A stretch of 64,000 nt of DNA from a virus, in the IMG/VR virus record IMGVR_UViG_3300031088_000759; one strand, written 5' to 3'. A program made the position numbers and the translations under genes. Shown piece by piece: positions 60,899 to 64,000 of the stretch. Position 1 is the stretch's first letter; every line of letters begins with the position of its first letter. The notes beneath the pieces are model-generated. The model saw nothing but the letters and a program-made list of their open reading frames with translations, did not search any database and had not been told where the DNA came from.

Positions 60899-61789
60899 TC
60901 AATTATTTAATACATACCTAGTAGCGTCTATTCCAGCTTTTGCACCATCACCTACGGCAATAGCTACCTGGCGATAATTAGGATCTGTAACATCTCCCGC
61001 AACAAAGAACCCTTCAACATTAGAACATTCGATAAAACCATCATCATACAACTTAGAATGCCTCTCAGCTTCAGCGCTGTTAGGAGTTTGCCCAACTGCC
61101 ACAAAAACAGCAGACACATCAAGAGACTCGCCATTATCCAGAACAACACCAGATACGGACTTATTGTTCTCACTAATTATTTCTTGAATATTAACACCCA
61201 TACGAATATTAATATTATCCTGCTCTTCAAGTTTATGAACAGCTGGCTCTGTGGCTCTCCAATTGCTTCGAACCAAAACTTCAACTGTTTCACAAATATT
61301 TGACAAATATAAAGCATCTTCCGCAGCAGTTTCTCCGCCACCTACGATAACTACTTTTTCGTTTTCAAAAAAACTTCCATCACAATTAGCGCAATAACTT
61401 ACACCGTTCAATTCTTCACCTTTTACATTCAACTTACGAGGTGTCGAACCAGCTGCATAGATTACAGATTTAGATTTTATTGTTCGCTTGCCTTTACCTG
61501 TGTCAAGAACAGTCTCAAACACACCTTCTGTATTTACGTGAATTTCTTTGACAACCGCATAATTTACTTTCGCACCAAACTTAACTGCATGTTCAAGGAA
61601 TACATCAGCCATTTCGATACCTTTAGTGTCAAACATTCCTAAATAATTGTCAATTTGCTCAGTAGTAGTAAGAAGCCCACCTTTCGTTTCACCAGAAGCA
61701 ACAATAGTGGACAATCCTGCACGTGAAGTATAAATAGCCGCTGACAAACCTGCAGGACCAGAACCAACAATCAAAACATCTAACATCAA
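60899..61789 (-). CDS. trxB: Thioredoxin-disulfide reductase
   Basis: GSGPAGLSAAIY, GVSYCANCDG, VGGGETAAEDA, AGDVTD..YRQVAIAVGDG. Confidence 0.93.
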   Translation of the reverse strand: MMLDVLIVGSGPAGLSAAIYTSRAGLSTIVASGETKGGLLTTTEQIDNYLGMFDTKGIEMADVFLEHAVKFGAKVNYAVVKEIHVNTEGVFETVLDTGKGKRTIKSKSVIYAAGSTPRKLNVKGEELNGVSYCANCDGSFFENEKVVIVGGGETAAEDALYLSNICETVEVLVRSNWRATEPAVHKLEEQDNINIRMGVNIQEIISENNKSVSGVVLDNGESLDVSAVFVAVGQTPNSAEAERHSKLYDDGFIECSNVEGFFVAGDVTDPNYRQVAIAVGDGAKAGIDATRYVLNN

Positions 61790-62024
61790 ACACTCCCCAA
61801 TAAAAAATAATTATCAACAAACTACCCATACAGGTATTTACAAATTCAATCTTAACAAAAAATTCTACAATAATTTTTACTAACTCATCTGAAGACAAAA
61901 AATGACCAAAATAGTTCAATCGTGTTTGAACTCATAGAAATAATACATACAACAAAAAATTAAAGGTTAAGAAAATTCCTCAACCTTTAATTTTTATTTC
62001 ATGGAAAGTAGAGTGATTCAGTTA

Positions 62025-63107
62025 TCAGTCACCTATTCCATGTCCATCTACACCACCACAGCGTTGACAATGCACTTCATCACTGTAAGATTGTTGTTTA
62101 AATTCAACAAACGCTGGATTGCTTGTTCCACAGTATGTACATTTACTAGATTCACTTATAAAAGTTTTCCCATTTGCGCATTTGTAATCACCATTCTTAT
62201 GCTGTTTATAGTAAGAATTTCCGTTAGAAACCTTCACTAAAATTTCTCCGCAGTTTTTACATACGCTTTGAGAATCTTTTAAAATTTCAACATTCTTAGT
62301 AGGTTTTGAAGAGTAGCCTCTAACAGACTTGCCTTTCCACTTGTCGAAAGTTTGTTCCCCAGAAGGAATGCCATAAACAGGATCTTCTTTATATCCTGTT
62401 TGAGAAAAAATCTCTCTTCTCAAATTATTGTAGACAGCTTTGTTTTTCTCAGCATTATTCAACAAAAACCCGGCTTCTTGTTCGTTACGAAATTTATCTT
62501 CTTCAATTTCTTTAGCCAAAACATTAATATTTCCATAATAAGTATTCGAATTGCTTACATATGTCCCGGTTCTCTTTGCCAAGTTATATTCTCTCTCTGC
62601 CTGACCAGCTCGTGAATGCACATAAGCTTCTGGTGAACCTGACATTCCTAATTTTTGTAATTCTTCAGGAGTTTTTGAACCAAGGGCCTTAGCCTCTTCA
62701 ATCCATTTTTCAGCTTTTTCGTAATGAGGATATGATGATAAACGTTTTTGTGCTTCTGCTTCATCTTTTTCAATATTTTTTTGAAGCTGAGATATAGTTC
62801 TCCATGAGTCAATATTCTGTACTGTTCGCATCTTCTCAATATGCTCAGTTGAGCCGATTTTGTCGGATTTTATCTTATTAGCAATCGCTTCATCAACATT
62901 TACCGTGGATTTTGCGTATTTTTTCTTTTTAACAGGTCGAGTTTCACCGTGTTCTTGTGTCAATTGTTCTTCAGCATATGCTTTTGCTTCAGATTTAGTT
63001 GAAAAATGCGGTGGTTCTTGACCATCTACAGCAAAATCGCAACGGATTTTCGCATTACACTGATTAGGTCGATTAGTCTCTGGGTTAACATGGTATTTTA
63101 TTGCCAT
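62025..63107 (-). CDS. Protein with the shared N-terminal module and C-terminal Zn fingers
   Basis: YHVNPETNRPNQCNAKIRCDFAVDGQEPPHF; CKNC..H..C, CTYC..CQRC. Confidence 0.8.
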   Translation of the reverse strand: MAIKYHVNPETNRPNQCNAKIRCDFAVDGQEPPHFSTKSEAKAYAEEQLTQEHGETRPVKKKKYAKSTVNVDEAIANKIKSDKIGSTEHIEKMRTVQNIDSWRTISQLQKNIEKDEAEAQKRLSSYPHYEKAEKWIEEAKALGSKTPEELQKLGMSGSPEAYVHSRAGQAEREYNLAKRTGTYVSNSNTYYGNINVLAKEIEEDKFRNEQEAGFLLNNAEKNKAVYNNLRREIFSQTGYKEDPVYGIPSGEQTFDKWKGKSVRGYSSKPTKNVEILKDSQSVCKNCGEILVKVSNGNSYYKQHKNGDYKCANGKTFISESSKCTYCGTSNPAFVEFKQQSYSDEVHCQRCGGVDGHGIGD

Positions 63108-63302
63108 AGTCTCTCCTCATTGTGTTAATTTATAAAACTATTGACATATTTTCTATACTCAAAAATATATTTATTAATATATGCGAAAATCCGTTGTAGA
63201 ATAACTGCTATCTGTATTCTACAACGGATTTCACTACATTACGATACAAAACATTATCTAATATTTTAAAATTCTGTATCCTTATACAATATTTATCAAC
63301 TG

Positions 63303-63512
63303 TTAAATAGCATATTCGTCAATTACCTCCCAGAACATTTTTGAACTATTGAAAACATAGCCAGCTTTTTCTTCCGAAAACTTGATCAAATCATTAGTCA
63401 TTTTTTGAACATCAAGTTCCATCAAAGAAAGATGCGCCTGCTTCAACCGCGAAATGACTTCATTATCAACCGCTTCTTCGAAAGAATTATAAACATTATC
63501 CATATTCATCAA
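63303..63512 (-). CDS. Small phage-like hypothetical protein
   Basis: GAGG RBS; ends FWEVIDEYAI. Confidence 0.55.
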   Translation of the reverse strand: MMNMDNVYNSFEEAVDNEVISRLKQAHLSLMELDVQKMTNDLIKFSEEKAGYVFNSSKMFWEVIDEYAI

Positions 63513-63665
63513 CCTCTCTATTAAAATATTCCTACATCAAGTCAATATTATAAATATAAACAACTTGACAATAACTATTCTAACAAAACAGCTTCAGATA
63601 TTGCAATCAACCTCTACTATTCATCATCAAAAACTACTATTTCACTTTCAATATTCTTTAAAAAA

Positions 63666-63971
63666 TCAAGCTACTGATTCTTCTTCTACTGACTCTTCAC
63701 GGGCAATGTTGGACAGTGACACCGAATAATCATGAGCATTCAATCTATCTGAAAGCTCTCTAAGATGACAAAAAGCCCCCTCATTCTCATATGCACGAAG
63801 AAGATGCACATATACAGATAAGGAAGCAATATCGCTCACCAAAGCGGTATCTTCACAAGCCTCATCAATTAGTTTTTGAATACGTTCAGCAAAAACTTGT
63901 GTTGACTCACGCTTCATAGAAAAAACAATACTATCTAAAGTCCTCTGTGCCGAACTAATAGTAGCCTTCAC
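63666..63971 (-). CDS. Hypothetical protein (start may lie beyond the window end)
   Basis: Open frame near the window edge. Confidence 0.5.
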   Translation of the reverse strand: MKATISSAQRTLDSIVFSMKRESTQVFAERIQKLIDEACEDTALVSDIASLSVYVHLLRAYENEGAFCHLRELSDRLNAHDYSVSLSNIAREESVEEESVA

Positions 63972-64000
63972 CCAAACAGGTTTTTCAACGTTGGTTTCTT

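Noticed and set aside
1-64000. Alternative genetic code, tRNA genes or introns
   Set aside because: Recognisable genes are full length in the standard code and all three stops are used. No tRNA cloverleaf was recognised by eye, and nrdF is uninterrupted.

Overview
This AT-rich (roughly 30% GC by eye), mostly minus-strand, gene-dense window looks like part of a giant extrachromosomal element (jumbo phage or megaplasmid) rather than a chromosome. Scattered host-type genes (LCP, CCA-enzyme-like HD domain, metK, yceI, nrdF, htpX/lemA, trxB, a sortase substrate), several resembling actinobacterial proteins, lie among phage-like hypotheticals, nucleases and three dispersed type IV pilins. No virion, rRNA, tRNA or CRISPR features were recognised. 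Highlights: (1) a type I R-M locus whose two-TRD hsdS is frameshifted at a G11 tract, beside a separate half-hsdS, an embedded RxxxxH (HEPN-like) gene and a GIY-YIG nuclease; (2) four dispersed ~150-bp non-coding elements with copy-specific perfect inverted repeats around an invariant 19-nt spacer; (3) a near-identical ~50-aa His/Cys N-terminal module on unrelated proteins; (4) several detached or degenerate copies of host/defence domains. Product calls come from motif recognition only; no searches were run.
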